The notes beneath the pieces are model-generated. The model worked only from the letters and a program-made list of their open reading frames with translations. It searched no databases and was not told where the DNA came from. From positions 59,794-123,793 of the forward strand of contig PDIP01000054.1 in NCBI GenBank assembly GCA_002811645.1: DNA of 64,000 nt. The letters run 5' to 3'. Source of the DNA: Corallochytrium limacisporum Hawaii. Lineage: Eukaryota > Protista > Pluriformea. Positions 41,991-52,808 of this stretch are shown here, in pieces. The position numbers and the translations under genes are program-made. Every line of letters starts with the position of its first letter. Positions within the stretch are counted from its first letter, which is position 1.

Positions 41991-42941
41991 ATGATGAACC
42001 TGCTCCTGACTCTGGCTGTTTTTGTGGTCAACATCATGGGATCGTTGGGAGAAGTTGTCCCTGTGGCACCTGATATTCCTGAGCAATTCATTACCCGTGT
42101 TGAGGCCGTCATCACTGCGAAGAGTTACTCCATGTACGGCGACGAGTATTATGACTACAAGAATCAACGCAGTCGTTTCGACTTCAACGCTCCCCACTAT
42201 GGGCCGCACACTGTCCTCCTCTTTGGACCAAACAGTCCGAAGCTTCCTGGCATTACCCCTGGCTACTCCTACCACATCAACGTCACCCACTCTGGCGATT
42301 ACGCCTGCGAAAAGAGCAAACTCCAAGGAGACGAATTCGACACGGACAGCCAGGGCAATCTGAAGAGCAGCGGAAACCTCTTCCGATACTCCAAGCAAGG
42401 GTTGAATTATGTTGAGACAAAGAGGAACATTCGTGGTATACCAGCAAATGTGTACGAGACCCACGTCTCGGAAACGAAAAAAGACTCTGGAAAGGACGTT
42501 GATCTGAATTTCAAGATCGATTGGTTTTTCAACAAGGAAGGGTGGTCATTGGCGGACAAAATGGATGGTCACTTCGACAACAACAAGGACATTGTACCGC
42601 TGAGGATTGTGGTGAAGGGCTCGTACACGAAAGACAAGAAGACAACGCAATTTGAAAACTTTTACGACTACACCAGCTTCCGCGTCGTGGAACCTACGGA
42701 ATCCTTCTTTACCATTGTTAGGGATGAGGGTCATGGGTGTGTGGTAACAGAAAACTACGATCACTTCCACAGTCCCAGCGGTGCCTTTGTCGCCCCTCAC
42801 GGTCCAAAATCGTGCGCAGGCCTGGGCTGGGGCATGTGGTTCCTGGGTGTGTTTTGCGGTGTTGGTTCCATCGTGGGATGGGTGTGGTACAACACCCACT
42901 ACCGAAGTACTTCGGGTTCCTACATGCCCCTGAATGGTTAG
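41991..42941 (+). CDS. Type I membrane protein with ependymin/LolA-like luminal domain and YxxL tail
   Basis: Signal peptide MMNLLLTLAVFVV, then PDIPEQFITRVEA...EYYDYKNQRSRFDF and IRGIPANVY. A C-terminal TM segment is followed by the cytosolic tail GSYMPL. Confidence 0.7.
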   Translation: MMNLLLTLAVFVVNIMGSLGEVVPVAPDIPEQFITRVEAVITAKSYSMYGDEYYDYKNQRSRFDFNAPHYGPHTVLLFGPNSPKLPGITPGYSYHINVTHSGDYACEKSKLQGDEFDTDSQGNLKSSGNLFRYSKQGLNYVETKRNIRGIPANVYETHVSETKKDSGKDVDLNFKIDWFFNKEGWSLADKMDGHFDNNKDIVPLRIVVKGSYTKDKKTTQFENFYDYTSFRVVEPTESFFTIVRDEGHGCVVTENYDHFHSPSGAFVAPHGPKSCAGLGWGMWFLGVFCGVGSIVGWVWYNTHYRSTSGSYMPLNG

Positions 42942-43300
42942 GTGGGTGCTTTATCTGTGGATGCTAGAGTGGTTCAATGTCGTTTGTACACCGATCATGT
43001 GTGTCGAGTGTCGTCAAAATTATTGAACATGCTGCAATCATCGAAGTCTATCAGCCTAACCATTCAATTTAATGTTAGCGAATACAATCACCTTAGCATT
43101 GTTGAAGGGCATAAGATATTGAAAGCAACACGAAAGAAGGTCATGGGCTCTCAATCACGTCCATTACACATTCATAACACCGTCTTCGATGGCGATGACG
43201 AGAGAAATTGTGGGCTTCGTACGAGGGATCTAGCCCGCTTTACTTTTGATACACATATTACTAGGAGACGTCTACAAGTATATGGTGTGCATGACACGTT

Positions 43301-45664
43301 TCATTTCTCAGCATCCTCGAAGACGGTGCGCATCTCAGTTAATACTTGGTCCAAGTGATTGGCAAACTTGCGGCTGTTGGTGTTCACTGCACTTTTCTTG
43401 CTGGAGATGTGGAAGTAGATCAAGGCATCACCGGCAATCATGTAGGACACACCATATCCATCGTCTGCAACGGGACCGAAACCACCGCCAGGGCTGACCC
43501 TGGCCAGGTCTCGGGGATCGGACAGGTCCCACAGGTTTGTCTGCTGTTGTGGCTGTTGAGATGTGGACAGCTTCCAGGGAAGGGACAGCGCTGATTTCAG
43601 GAAGTCAGAGTCTACCCCCATACCGCGGCTGGCAACGTAGAGCGCGAACAGGTGACGGTCCACACCCTTACCCGACATTGCGTCCCGGTAGTAGCGTTGG
43701 TGACGATCTGCTGCCTTGCGCATGAGCGCCACCTTCTCCTTCTTGCTCACCCTACTATCTTCAAAGCCTAGCACAAATGCCCGGGCTTCGTTTGTACAGG
43801 CACGTACGGTCTCTGTGCGACCTTGGCGATAAAGACGGGTCATTGAGCTTTCGTACGTCATTCCAAACTTCTGCCCCTGATCACGGTAGTAGGCGATCTG
43901 GAAGGCAAGTTGAATATATGCATCCGGAGACACTCCACACTTCTTGATAAAGCCCTTGCCGTAGTTATTGTGCTCCATGATGTACAGATCGAATTCCTCA
44001 ATGGCCTTTCGGGTCTCGGCATAGGCAGCGCTAACATCATCGGCGAGGCCGGAAGAGATGGTAAACTCCAGTTCTTGTGGGGCAGGGAGAATAGTGGTCT
44101 GCTGGGCTGCAATACGAGGAATTTTGTTCTTTCCGTCCTCGTAAGCACCCTTGCGGTACTCCATGTTTACGCAGTACTCCCACATGTGAGCAATTACGGG
44201 CGCGTCAGCCCAGGAATGCTCACAGTTCAGACCGATGCGACCATTCTTGAAGGAAACCAGAGTGATACTCTTGTCAAACCAGCGGTTTGTGCCGTCTCCG
44301 TGAATCAGCTGGTGCCCCATAGCACTTGAATCACCACTCTCGTCGTCATCGAGTGATAAGAATAGGATGCCTTTCTCGATCGCGTCCAAGGAGGATTTGT
44401 TGATGCCTTCTGAGAAGTAGTGGCGCCGGCCCTTGGCCCAAGAGTCACGGTCCCAGGCGGTGAGAGCAGCAAGTTTTCGCTGATTGTCATTTGCGGGGGG
44501 TTGTGAGTCAGCGTCATGAACGATCCAGCGCAGTTGGCGCTCAATCTCCCAGTCAGACAGTGGGGTCTGCTTGACATCCATGTGGCAGATGGACATGTAG
44601 TAGAAACGACCCTTGTAGCGAACAGTAATATGGTTCGATTTGGCAGTGGTCCGCAGCTCGTCTTGTTCGAGGTGAGGGATACGGGTACAGCTGAACATGC
44701 GACGGTATTGGTCCATGCACATGGGGATCATGTTACGAACCATAAAGGGTTCCAGGGACTCGCTATCAATTTGGCGTTTGAACTCGAGCATGCGGGCAAT
44801 AGTTTGCGCCACGCGAGCCACCTGGTCCGTCGTGGGGTGGTAATGCTTGGAATCCATGACGTAGTAATTGGAGTTGATCATGATGGAAGTGCGACCAGCC
44901 AGGTAAACATATTTCTCCCACCAGTCTGTGACGTAATTGGATGAAATCCAGCTCTTTGCCCAGAGCAAACGGTTCAGCTTGTTGGCCTCACCACGGAGAA
45001 ATTTGTTGGCCTTTTTGGCGATTTCATCATATTCTGCGTCGTTCATCACCGGGCGCACACTCTCTAGAAAGCCGTCGACAGTTTGCTTGACAGGAGGCAC
45101 AGGCAGGCCCGGCAGGGCACCCTGCAGAGAGTACAAGTACGGATGCTTTCCCGTTACCAGCTTGAGCAGTCCACCCCAGGCGAGAGTGGCGTAGCTCTGC
45201 TTTTTTGGAGGTTCGTACATCCATCCCCGGTAGCTGAGAAGTGCGCGCATGATGTACCGTCGCACACTGGCCACCACAACAAAAAAGGCAGTTCCGCAAA
45301 GAGCGGAAAAAACACCGTCCTTGGCAAGAAGCCCGGTGCCCTGAGGCCATGGGATCAGATCACGGACGTAAAGGACATGGCTGCGCACATACTGCAGACC
45401 AGGTACCGAAAGGAAGATGCCCTGGTCACCAAAATGAGTGATCGTGAATGTGGTGGTAATTAGCGGGAGCAGTTCACGAGGACGGGCAGGCCACACACCG
45501 TTGTAAATGGCAGTGCCAGTCTCGCTAAGGTACTTTGAGACTCTGTGCTGGGCAGTCTTGACGAAATGACTCAAGGCATTGCGGTCAACGCGCACCAACA
45601 GCGCCTCGTCCGCATACGAGAACTTTAAACCCGGTGCAGAAACAGCTTGACGTGCTTCAGCCAT
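43301..45664 (-). CDS. CPT1: Carnitine O-palmitoyltransferase 1
   Basis: N-terminus MAEARQAV (CPT1 has MAEAHQAV), TM region, LYSLQGALPGLPVP, NYVTDWWEKYVYL, catalytic EHSWADAP, TYESSMTRL, LSTSQ and GGFGPVADDGYGVSY. ATG is at 45664. Confidence 0.95.
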   Translation of the reverse strand: MAEARQAVSAPGLKFSYADEALLVRVDRNALSHFVKTAQHRVSKYLSETGTAIYNGVWPARPRELLPLITTTFTITHFGDQGIFLSVPGLQYVRSHVLYVRDLIPWPQGTGLLAKDGVFSALCGTAFFVVVASVRRYIMRALLSYRGWMYEPPKKQSYATLAWGGLLKLVTGKHPYLYSLQGALPGLPVPPVKQTVDGFLESVRPVMNDAEYDEIAKKANKFLRGEANKLNRLLWAKSWISSNYVTDWWEKYVYLAGRTSIMINSNYYVMDSKHYHPTTDQVARVAQTIARMLEFKRQIDSESLEPFMVRNMIPMCMDQYRRMFSCTRIPHLEQDELRTTAKSNHITVRYKGRFYYMSICHMDVKQTPLSDWEIERQLRWIVHDADSQPPANDNQRKLAALTAWDRDSWAKGRRHYFSEGINKSSLDAIEKGILFLSLDDDESGDSSAMGHQLIHGDGTNRWFDKSITLVSFKNGRIGLNCEHSWADAPVIAHMWEYCVNMEYRKGAYEDGKNKIPRIAAQQTTILPAPQELEFTISSGLADDVSAAYAETRKAIEEFDLYIMEHNNYGKGFIKKCGVSPDAYIQLAFQIAYYRDQGQKFGMTYESSMTRLYRQGRTETVRACTNEARAFVLGFEDSRVSKKEKVALMRKAADRHQRYYRDAMSGKGVDRHLFALYVASRGMGVDSDFLKSALSLPWKLSTSQQPQQQTNLWDLSDPRDLARVSPGGGFGPVADDGYGVSYMIAGDALIYFHISSKKSAVNTNSRKFANHLDQVLTEMRTVFEDAEK

Positions 45665-48637
45665 TTTTGAGGAGCAGTTCAAGTTCCCTGTGGCTCACTT
45701 TCAAGATCTCCAGTCGGCAATATTCTTTACACGACTCAAAATCGAATGAACCCTTTGACCCTAAACCCCAAAGGTCGAAGTCCAAGAGCAGGTTGTTCTT
45801 TAACAAGAGTTAGTGCCCGGAGACGGGGGTTCATGATATATTCAGAATGGGAACTCCATCCGCCGGGTCTGAGGAGTGTCCTGTGATGTACCTCTTTGAC
45901 CTTGCATACGTTCGCACCTTCCCCACATACAGAAGGATTTGGCCTGTCTGTTGTACTGTCTTTAACGCAGTTGAACAACTGTTTCACATGTCCGAGAGCT
46001 GGTCTATGCACTGCGTCCCGATGGCCCATGCGCATTGAGTGCAGGATGGCCTGGGTTCCGAAGTGAACGGCTGACCGACCCCATGACAGCCTTTCTTCGA
46101 TAAAAAACGTTTGATCCGTCGTCATCAGCGGCGGGGGACCCAACACGCCCGGGTCCGCACAGACACGCTTCGCAAGCCTCGCCGCTGGCGGTATTTGGGT
46201 ATTCACGCAGTCACACCTTACCAAAATGAGAAAAAGGGGATTTAGCCCCGGTGGTACGCAAGCAATTGTAATGCTCCTCCCAATTCTCACAACGAGAGCC
46301 TTTGTTTGAGCACACCTGCTGTTGTCATGCGCAGTCGGTTATTGCTCGTCCGCCACCAAAGGCAGCCAGCATCGAGGAAACAGGCGAACAAGAACAGCCT
46401 CCAGCCACCACAACCGCATCCTCTCCATCACACATTCATTCCGTTTCTACACCAGAACCTGGAGCCATCCAAAGACATCTACAGTATTGCTGTAGCGTAT
46501 ATGGTCGATTACCCTTACAGCATCGTGCAAACCTTCTCACCAAGCAGGTGGTATCGGATGTTGATCGCTGTGAAATCTGGTCCCTTGAACTGTCCTCACC
46601 CACTGAACCAGCGCAAGATGGGAGAAGCAGCCGGGCGGCAAAGAGCGGATAGGTTCGATTGCAGGACACACTATAGTAATACATGTGTACCGGTAGCGAA
46701 ACGGCCGTGGTGCAAGAACTCAGCAGTAAAGGAGAGAGAAAGAAACAGAGAGAGAGGGGTGAGTGATAGAATTCGTGACCGCTACAGTTCTTGCCCATGG
46801 CGGGTTTCTCATACCCTCGCCTGTTTCAACCACCCCGCGCAACGCAACAAAAGGGATCGGGGAGTGGTTAAGGGAGTAAACGGGTAGGTAAAGTTAAACT
46901 ACTTTGCGCAGAATGTACGGTTATTTCGGTACGGCGAAGAACGCATAGACAATCCATCCAGGCGGCAAAGATCACCCCACCAGCCGAATAACAGGGCCCT
47001 CATCAGTCTCCACCGTCTTCTGCCCGTTGGAAAGGAGGTTTTTTTGGGAGTCACGCCGGGTCCGTTCGCCCGTATGGTGGTTCTACCGTATTCGGTTGGC
47101 CCGCACATGCCTGTGCACACAACCCATACCCACCTTATGTTACGCGGGGAGGCGGGGAGGCCTGGACCAGCGGGAACCGGGCGGGTCAACAGAAAAGGAG
47201 AAAAGAAAAGGGAAAACAACACACTGTGGGGACCGGGAAGAAAAGCGTTGTGGAGTTTTGCTTATGTACGTTCGCCATCTCTGCGTTGGCACAACAGTGT
47301 GAATCCTATAGCAATGCAACCCATTAAAAAGCCTGGAAAAATCACGTGAAATACTTACAAGAGTAACACGATCGGGCGCAAAGGTGAGAACGAAAGGAAC
47401 AAATATCCCAAAAGTAGTGAAGAAATAAAGGGAACTAAGGAAAGGTTTACGGCACACGAAAGAAAATGAACAGCAGCGGGTGGTTGCGGTGGGCGGCCCG
47501 GGTGAGGCCTAAGGTTCGACTCTTGCGTGTGTTGAGCAGGCGAAGAACGGTGAGCTCCTTTTTGCACCCGTCCGAGGGCACACCTAGGCTTGCCCCGTGG
47601 GGAGCGGGTGGTGTGGCAAAGTCAGAAAGTACGATCCGTTTTAGTAAATGTATAGTCATTATGTCCCTAAAATTGGTACTGTTGTGTTGTTTACACGCTC
47701 AGTTCCTTGGGCACGCCTACCCCCTGCCACAAGCCCATCCATCACCCCGTCCGAACGCGCTCCAATACTTATCAGAACATTTAGTATGGGATAAGTGACC
47801 GTGTTCTTTGTAGGAGGTGCGGGAACCGGGAGAGCCGTTCCGTCGAGAGCCTTTTCGCAAATCAACGAAGGCCAGCGCCCCCTCCACCCCCCGGGGGGGG
47901 GACAGCGATAAGAAATTAGGCCCCGGAGAGTGGCAGCTGGGGTGTAGGGAGTCTACTTTTTAACGGACACCAGTGGTCACTGTGGATTTATTAGTTAGGG
48001 TGATCAGTTATATAGATGCGTAACTGCCCTGCCTACCATTCCCCGTATACCACCCGTTTTCCCAGGCGGCAGAAAACCCGGGAAAAAGATGGCCAACGAA
48101 CACCTCCCCCGGTAAAGGGGCTAGATGGGAGAAGGACGGGGGTGCCGGACACTCTCCATCACTGGGCCCGTGAAAGTGCCACCCGCCCGCCGTTGGTGGG
48201 CATATATTTTGGCTTACCTTACCATTGATAGGAGAAACAAAGGGCAGGGCCAGGGAGCCAGGAGTCTCCATTGGCAGGGGGGGGGTTGGTTGGTTCCCGG
48301 CCAGGAGGGGGTTGGATGAAGGGCCAGCCAAGCCGGAACAACATGGCGACCTTTTTCGTCACCCTATATCGCCCGACAGGCAGGTGACCAATCGTATTTA
48401 CTTGTTACTTGTGAGCTGTGCGATTTTTGCTACTTAACGGATAGAATGTATGAACGACCCAATCATGTAACATATTGTCATAGTGCACGATGAGTCTACT
48501 TCTAGGGGGTCTGCAGTAAAGTGGCATTTAAAGAAACAGACAAACTAAAAGTGCTGCAATAGTTTACGTGAAACAAGAGCACTGGGACCTTCTTGACCTT
48601 GGCTTCTCGAAGACTGACAAAATATAAATTGTAAGCC

Positions 48638-49234
48638 ATGAAAATCCTCGGTATTGTTCTTCTGGCCCGTAACGGCCGGGTTAGCAAAACCTTGTGCTCG
48701 GCAATGGACCTGACCAGCTTCAATTACTTCCAGCGTGGTTCTATGAAAGAATTCGTGTTGTTTGTGAGCAAGACCCTGGCAGAACGTACTCAACCGGGCA
48801 CACGTCACACAGTTAAGGAACAAAAGTCGGTCTGTCACGTGCACGTACGCAACGATGGGCTGGTTGGGGTAGTCGTCTGTGACGAAGAGTACCCGCAGAG
48901 GGTTGCGTTCAGTCTGATCGCCAAAGCCTTTGAGGGGCTGCAGGAGAAGTACCCGGGACGAAACCTGACAGAAGCACAGGAGAACAGCGTGGTCTATGAC
49001 GATTTAGAGGCTCTGATGACCCGATATCAGGACCCTACACAGGCAGATCCCATGATGCAGGTGCAGAAGGAAATTGATGAGACAAAAGTTATCCTGCACG
49101 GTACGCTGGAGTCCATGCTGGAGCGGGGTGAGAAGCTCGAGAATCTAGTCGAACGGAGTGACGCTTTGAGTATGCAGAGCAAAATGTTTTATAAGAGTGC
49201 GAAGAAGACAAATTCTTGTTGCACATTCATGTAA
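48638..49234 (+). CDS. YKT6: Longin R-SNARE Ykt6
   Basis: DLTSFNYFQRGSMKEF, EYPQRVAF and LERGEKLENLVERSDALSMQSKMFYKSAKKTNS, ending in the CCaaX-type prenylation motif CCTFM. Confidence 0.97.
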   Translation: MKILGIVLLARNGRVSKTLCSAMDLTSFNYFQRGSMKEFVLFVSKTLAERTQPGTRHTVKEQKSVCHVHVRNDGLVGVVVCDEEYPQRVAFSLIAKAFEGLQEKYPGRNLTEAQENSVVYDDLEALMTRYQDPTQADPMMQVQKEIDETKVILHGTLESMLERGEKLENLVERSDALSMQSKMFYKSAKKTNSCCTFM

Positions 49235-49379
49235 TCAAGAGTTCAAAAGACAAATGACGAGAAATTCTTTTTTGTCACATTGTATTCAATAAAGTAACGA
49301 AAAAACAAGTGTTGTCATACATGCGTGATAGAACTTCGTCGGAAACCACCGACCACGGCCAAACCTTTGGTTGTTGGCG

Positions 49380-52300
49380 TTATCTGATCCCGTTGGTGTA
49401 CCACTGGTACGTATCGTACCACTTAGTTCGACCATTGTCAAATGCGTTCACAATCAAGTCTTGGACGTGCTTTGTCATCTGTTCCTCCGTCATGTTGCGG
49501 CCGAGGCGCTGGTCCAGCGTAGTGGCGACCTCAGTGTTCTTGTCAAAGCAAGGCAAAGTTGATTCGGTCTGCATGATGTGCACAAGTGCGAGCATCTTGT
49601 CCTTGTGTTTGCGGGCAGCGAGTAGCCCTTGCAGGATCAGCGCCTGGTAGTACTTGAACATGTCACTGTCTATGCCACCAAGAAGTTCCACCATCTCTGA
49701 GGTGAGTTTGAATGGGGCTGTTTCGAAGTTGAGATTGCGTGGGCTCTTGCCCAGCAAGAAACCGAAGTCAATGTGGATCATGTGGCCGTTTCGGTCCAGA
49801 AGGATGTTGCCATTGTGGCGGTCCTTTACCTGCAGAAGGTACGTCACCAAAGAGTAAGCCGCCGCACTGCGTACAAAATTCGTCTGGGCCTCCATAAAGG
49901 GCTCAGTATTTGTCTCGCCAAACTCTTGGCAGAACCACTCGAGAAGGGTTTTGCCAGTTTGTGTCTTTAGGGAGTGCAGGGACATGGAATCCACAACGGT
50001 TTCGATCAGACCGGCATCCTTCGAGACAGACAGGACACGATATGTGTTCAACCACAGTTTTACGTCCTCCTCGTGCCAAATGTTGGCCAACTGTTGGATA
50101 AGCTGTGAGGCAAATTGTTCCTGTCGCAGATCATCGCCCGTCTTCACAATCATTGACACCAGATCCCAACCGGGAAGGTCTCCATACGGACTGCTGCGAC
50201 GGATCCGCTCTCGCCGTGCCTCGTGCTTGGACTTCAGCTCTGCGCCCGACGGATCGAGCAGGGCACACTGGTCGAGGATGGAGCGATTTTGACCGCACTC
50301 TTCCTCCAAACGCTTCCTCACATCGATTGCAGTAACAACTTTCGTATCACCGATGTCCGCATTCACCAACTCCACTGACTCCCGTGTATCACTGTTTGTG
50401 TTCGTGGTGCGCGCCTTGAGGGTAAGCATGCCTTCCTCAGACTCGTAGCTAATGTCGTCCTCTCTAGCAGCCGATAGACCACCATCATCCTCTGCACCAC
50501 TGTTCGCAGAGTCTCCGTTGTGCTCACCCAGTGCAGATGCTCGGGACGTGGGCACGGACAACGGAGAGGCCACGGCAGGCCGGTTGAGGTCGCCGAGGCT
50601 TCCCCGAAGGGGCGTTGCACCGCCAGCTGGACTCTCGTCGTGACTCATGTCCCCGTCGGAATTACGCAGTGAACCGCCGGACAGAGATTGCCGGGAGGTG
50701 CTGGATCTCTCTTCGGGCAAATTGGTCTTAAAGTTGGTGGCAGGCATCACACCTTGGCGCTGACGCCGCAGCATGGCAGGCACACGCAGACGAGAACTGC
50801 TGGAAGTGGAAACAGCGCCATTGGCACCACCCAGACCCTCGATGAAATCGCCAGAAATGCTTGCGGTTTCTGAGCCGTCCATGGACTCCCGGGATAGGCT
50901 CGAAAGCATCGAAGGCGAGCGGCTAAGAGAGTGCTCTGGCCGCTTGATGGGGCAAGGGTCGTGCAAACGATTATTGACCCACTGCACCTCCACAAACACC
51001 ATAATCGGCACCCGGTCCTTGGAGTTGAGGATCAACGCCTCCCTCGAAGGGATGCGAAGGACGTGGTGATGGGACTGGCGGCCTGAAAAAATGGGCAGGT
51101 AGACGTTGGACGGCAGGGACAGGTTTAGCATTTTTAGATTCGCAATCAACTCCTGCTTGCGAGCTTCCCGTGTTGGAAACTTGACCAATTTGTAGCTAAT
51201 GAACATAAGGGACCAGACGAAGCGTTCCTGGGCAAAGATAAAGTTCTCAATGGCAACCCGATCCCCACTCATTAAAATGGAATTGACGTAGAGATCAAGG
51301 GCTGCGTCACGACTGCTGTCCGTGTGTGGATCCGACTCTTTGCTGCCACTGGTCGGTATTTGAGACCGAGAGCGTTGGCGAACAGGTGATGTCAGAGTCA
51401 TCTTGTCCCTACCCCTTCCCTCGTGCCGCGGCGAGCGCTCTGATGCGGCGTGTTTGGCAAGCGGACTCGGTTCCTTATCAGGGGGACTGCCTTGCTGATG
51501 GATCAGCCCGGCCACTGACGGGGAAGACCGGGATTTGGGCAGGCTAGGACCACCATCAGACGGCTTGTCGGTTGCCGTGGGCACCGCGATTTTTTCGTCT
51601 GAGTTGTCTTTCTGGAGCGTACCTGTCGAAATTTGTGGTTGATCACTACCACTGCTCATTTCGCGGGCCAGGGGATCGTCTACTAGGTTCTCTTTTGAAA
51701 TCGGTCCTTTGCGGGATCTGATTGCAGGAGGGGTGTAGATTGTGCCACTTCCGAGGGTGCGTGCGCGTATGTGGAATCCACCTACTCCGCCGTTGACGCC
51801 ACTGGGCGATCCGCGAAACGCCTTGCCTGAGCCGAGCAACAAGCCAATGCTCTGCAAGTGACCCATTGACCGCGGTAATGGCTCACCGGTTGCCACATTA
51901 ATGGGAGGCAAGCTCTGGTTGCTCTTTACAAACCCGTCCTGTAGTGCTATCGGCTTGACCTTTGGAGACTGGCGCCGCTTCCATTGGTCAGTGCCCGTGC
52001 TCACCGCACGGGGCATGTTTCCTTGTAACTGAGCAGGTTTGGTCGGTGTGTCGAATGCAGAGGCAGGCTGCTGAGCGATCACCTTGCTCTCTTGTGTAGT
52101 CTGCCACATAGCCTGGTTTGTTGACTTAGCGCGCTTGTGAGAATGAGTTCGCGGTAAAGTTAGATCCGCGATGCCGAGTACAGAAGAATTTATGCGTGTT
52201 CCTGCGTTGCTTCTATTGTCCCCAATGCTTGTGTGTAGATTATGGACATCCTCAGGCCCTTCCTCGAGTACAGGCGAGGTTATCTGTACCATATCGCCCG

Positions 52301-52808
52301 TGCTTCCCTTGAGATTGCCCAGATAGTCAAACTGTGCGGCCGTATGCAAAATCCTGTCACGGAGCTGGGCCACCTGGGCCTTGCTGCTAATGGCCATGGG
52401 ATCGCTGAGGTATGTGTCAAGCAGACATACTGTAAGGAAGGCAATTTCCCAACTGTACGCACATAGGCAAAGCAATGTGTTTTCTACCTCACTCACGCTG
52501 AACCGTGATGATCTAACCCGTTTGATGTAGATATGCACTAATTGCGGCAAATAAAATGAAACCTCTTCGGCGGGATAGCGCAAGATTTTCTTGCACAACA
52601 GGATCTGAATCTTGCCCTCAGGATATCGTTCCAGATAATCGATGGCCATGTGACAGTCGAACAACTCCGACAGCACTAAACGAACCAGGCCTGAAGTCTT
52701 TGCCTGTTCCTGGTATTCAGGTGTGTCGATCCGTGTGAGGTGGTCCATTACGTGGGCCCCAGAAGTGACCGGGAAAGATTTCTTTTTCGGTGACCCTTTC
52801 CGCAGCAT
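49380..52808 (-). CDS. PI4KB: Phosphatidylinositol 4-kinase III beta (Pik1-like)
   Basis: FYLPQLV, LNSKDRVP, VKTGDDLRQEQFA, QVKDRHNGNILL, HIDFGF, FETAPFKLT and YDTYQWYTNGI. First ATG is at 52808. Confidence 0.95.
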   Translation of the reverse strand: MLRKGSPKKKSFPVTSGAHVMDHLTRIDTPEYQEQAKTSGLVRLVLSELFDCHMAIDYLERYPEGKIQILLCKKILRYPAEEVSFYLPQLVHIYIKRVRSSRFSVSEVENTLLCLCAYSWEIAFLTVCLLDTYLSDPMAISSKAQVAQLRDRILHTAAQFDYLGNLKGSTGDMVQITSPVLEEGPEDVHNLHTSIGDNRSNAGTRINSSVLGIADLTLPRTHSHKRAKSTNQAMWQTTQESKVIAQQPASAFDTPTKPAQLQGNMPRAVSTGTDQWKRRQSPKVKPIALQDGFVKSNQSLPPINVATGEPLPRSMGHLQSIGLLLGSGKAFRGSPSGVNGGVGGFHIRARTLGSGTIYTPPAIRSRKGPISKENLVDDPLAREMSSGSDQPQISTGTLQKDNSDEKIAVPTATDKPSDGGPSLPKSRSSPSVAGLIHQQGSPPDKEPSPLAKHAASERSPRHEGRGRDKMTLTSPVRQRSRSQIPTSGSKESDPHTDSSRDAALDLYVNSILMSGDRVAIENFIFAQERFVWSLMFISYKLVKFPTREARKQELIANLKMLNLSLPSNVYLPIFSGRQSHHHVLRIPSREALILNSKDRVPIMVFVEVQWVNNRLHDPCPIKRPEHSLSRSPSMLSSLSRESMDGSETASISGDFIEGLGGANGAVSTSSSSRLRVPAMLRRQRQGVMPATNFKTNLPEERSSTSRQSLSGGSLRNSDGDMSHDESPAGGATPLRGSLGDLNRPAVASPLSVPTSRASALGEHNGDSANSGAEDDGGLSAAREDDISYESEEGMLTLKARTTNTNSDTRESVELVNADIGDTKVVTAIDVRKRLEEECGQNRSILDQCALLDPSGAELKSKHEARRERIRRSSPYGDLPGWDLVSMIVKTGDDLRQEQFASQLIQQLANIWHEEDVKLWLNTYRVLSVSKDAGLIETVVDSMSLHSLKTQTGKTLLEWFCQEFGETNTEPFMEAQTNFVRSAAAYSLVTYLLQVKDRHNGNILLDRNGHMIHIDFGFLLGKSPRNLNFETAPFKLTSEMVELLGGIDSDMFKYYQALILQGLLAARKHKDKMLALVHIMQTESTLPCFDKNTEVATTLDQRLGRNMTEEQMTKHVQDLIVNAFDNGRTKWYDTYQWYTNGIR

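Noticed and set aside
47480-47530. tRNA-like GGTTCGACTC
   Set aside because: The T-stem does not pair fully and there is no cloverleaf.
30758-52808. Functional trafficking cluster (AP1G1, YKT6, PI4KB)
   Set aside because: The genes are interspersed with unrelated ones and are common categories, so the grouping is compatible with chance.
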